From contig ONCM01000001.1 in the NCBI GenBank assembly GCA_900316305.1, forward strand, positions 3,380-67,379: DNA of 64,000 nt, in the 5' to 3' direction. Shown piece after piece: positions 63,176 to 64,000 of this stretch. The notes below the pieces were generated by a model, which ran no database searches, was not told where the DNA came from, and saw nothing but the letters and a program-made list of their open reading frames with translations. The position numbers and the translations under genes were made by a program. Every line of letters begins with the position of its first letter. Within the stretch, counting starts at the first letter, position 1. This stretch comes from an uncultured Bacteroidales bacterium (GTDB lineage: Bacteria > Bacteroidota > Bacteroidia > Bacteroidales > WCHB1-69).

Positions 63176-63319
63176 ATGATGATGTACACATTAAATTTTC
63201 CGAACGGCATGAGCCAGACGTACTCCACGTCCGGCGAACTGATGAACGCAGCGCACAAGATGGGCGGCACCGCAAAATCGATAGGCAACAAGACCTACGT
63301 GTTCGTGCCGAAGAAGTAG
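63176..63319 (+). CDS. small hypothetical protein (47 aa)
   Basis: MMMYTLNFPNGMSQTY... begins 50 nt after an island-type promoter at 63092-63125. Confidence 0.35.
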   Translation: MMMYTLNFPNGMSQTYSTSGELMNAAHKMGGTAKSIGNKTYVFVPKK

Positions 63320-63367
63320 AACGAAGGGCGGGAGCAAATTCCCGCCTTTAATTAAATTGCAAAAGGA

Positions 63368-64000
63368 ATGGACATGCTGGACGAAACCAAATCTTCCGTA
63401 TCCGACTTCACCAACGACCTGAAACTCATCAAAGCCTTACTGCTGCACGAGAACAATTGCAGCCGTACGGCTCTTGTTTACAAGCAAATGAACGCTGACG
63501 AGTGGAACCGTATGGAGGGGAAACTTCAGGATGAAGCCTTCTGGACATTCATCAACCCCAATCCGGATGCCCCAAGATACGAGTTCTCAAGAATGGGTTT
63601 TGTATTTGAGATGCTGTTGCGTTGCGAGAAGGATGAAAACGACAACTTCGTGGACGTGGGTGCACAACTGAGCCGGAACAAGCATTATCTGTCAGAGCGG
63701 TGCCTGTCCGCCATGATGGAAACCGAGACCAAGGAGGTGCCGTTCCTCCAAAGCGACCAGTCCCTAAGCGAGCTGATATACGAGGAGTTTGGCCTTCCGG
63801 TTGTCCCTAAAGAGATCACCTGCGAGGAGATCCGTCCCGGGTACACGTTTCAGGAGAGCTGTCAGGGCACGGTGCCGGAAGCCATCATCGCCTTCCTCGA
63901 CAGCACGGATTTTGAGACCGCTGTCCGCTTAGCCGTCTCGCTCGGCGGCGACAGCGACACCCTCGCCTGCATCACCGGCGGCATCGCCGAAGCCTACTAC
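63368..64000 (+). CDS. chimeric protein: unknown N-terminal ~150 aa + C-terminal segment of ADP-ribosylglycohydrolase family (partial, runs off the right edge)
   Basis: The frame is open from ATG 63368 to 64000 (211 codons). The end reads EIRPGYTFQESCQGTVPEAIIAFLDSTDFETAVRLAVSLGGDSDTLACITGGIAEAYY, which is the ARH C-terminal signature. Confidence 0.6.
   Translation, partial: MDMLDETKSSVSDFTNDLKLIKALLLHENNCSRTALVYKQMNADEWNRMEGKLQDEAFWTFINPNPDAPRYEFSRMGFVFEMLLRCEKDENDNFVDVGAQLSRNKHYLSERCLSAMMETETKEVPFLQSDQSLSELIYEEFGLPVVPKEITCEEIRPGYTFQESCQGTVPEAIIAFLDSTDFETAVRLAVSLGGDSDTLACITGGIAEAYY

Larger units (their letters stand above)
53419..64000. other. accessory gene island (extends beyond the right edge)
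   Basis: Gene content typical of mobile or defence islands (WYL, AAA ATPases, KilA-N, RhuM-Fic, ARH fragment), a shared non-canonical promoter architecture and a visibly AT-rich sub-block at 59.8-62.0 kb. No integrase is present in the window. Confidence 0.5.

Noticed and set aside
1-64000. A search for tRNA, rRNA, tmRNA, integrase, transposase or IS inverted repeats.
   Set aside because: I found no tRNA-like T-arm (GGTTCGAATCC-type) outside coding sequence, no rRNA-like stretches and no recombinase-like ORF. Mobility of the island therefore remains unproven.

Overview
The window is a Bacteroidales-type chromosomal segment. Evidence for that call: TTTG-N19-21-TAnnTTTG promoters, many lipobox lipoproteins, and TolC, GWxTD and PorT-like genes. 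I call about 55 protein-coding genes. I saw no rRNA, tRNA, CRISPR array, integrase or transposase. Gene content by region: (i) 0.2-4.7 kb holds a LolD-like ATPase, a butyryl-CoA dehydrogenase/Etf operon (bcd-etfB-etfA) and a lone CoA-transferase beta subunit. (ii) 6.1-19.9 kb holds three paralogous polar-amino-acid ABC importers with unusual domain architecture. They bracket a partner-switching module (SpoIIE/RsbU-like phosphatase, RsbW-like kinase, STAS protein), a lipid-kinase-like gene, a small alarmone synthetase and an HD-type alarmone hydrolase. (iii) 20-46 kb holds housekeeping and envelope genes: LpxL-like, gmhB, a CPA2 antiporter, a metallophosphoesterase, an acyl-CoA ligase, a transglutaminase-like protein, cutC, ansA, a HerA-like ATPase, a sugar transferase, a GWxTD protein, glyQS, an OM barrel, a heptose kinase, NfeD, cdd, a beta-helix protein, pepO and arcC. 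(iv) 46-53 kb holds a TolC-HlyD-2xABC-2 efflux cluster with a LytS/LytTR two-component pair. (v) 53.4-64 kb is an accessory island containing a WYL regulator, two AAA-type ATPases, KilA-N, RhuM-Fic, an ADP-ribosylglycohydrolase-derived chimera and small unknown genes. Its promoters share a TGCCAC-N20-TAnnTTTG architecture. The non-coding structure is striking. Almost every intergenic junction carries short-period (7, 8 or 10 bp) tandem arrays drawn from a small set of motif families, and these arrays often contain the stop or start codon of the flanking genes. There are also three dispersed hairpin or REP-like element families. All calls rest on reading the sequence and the ORF track by eye; no database search was run.
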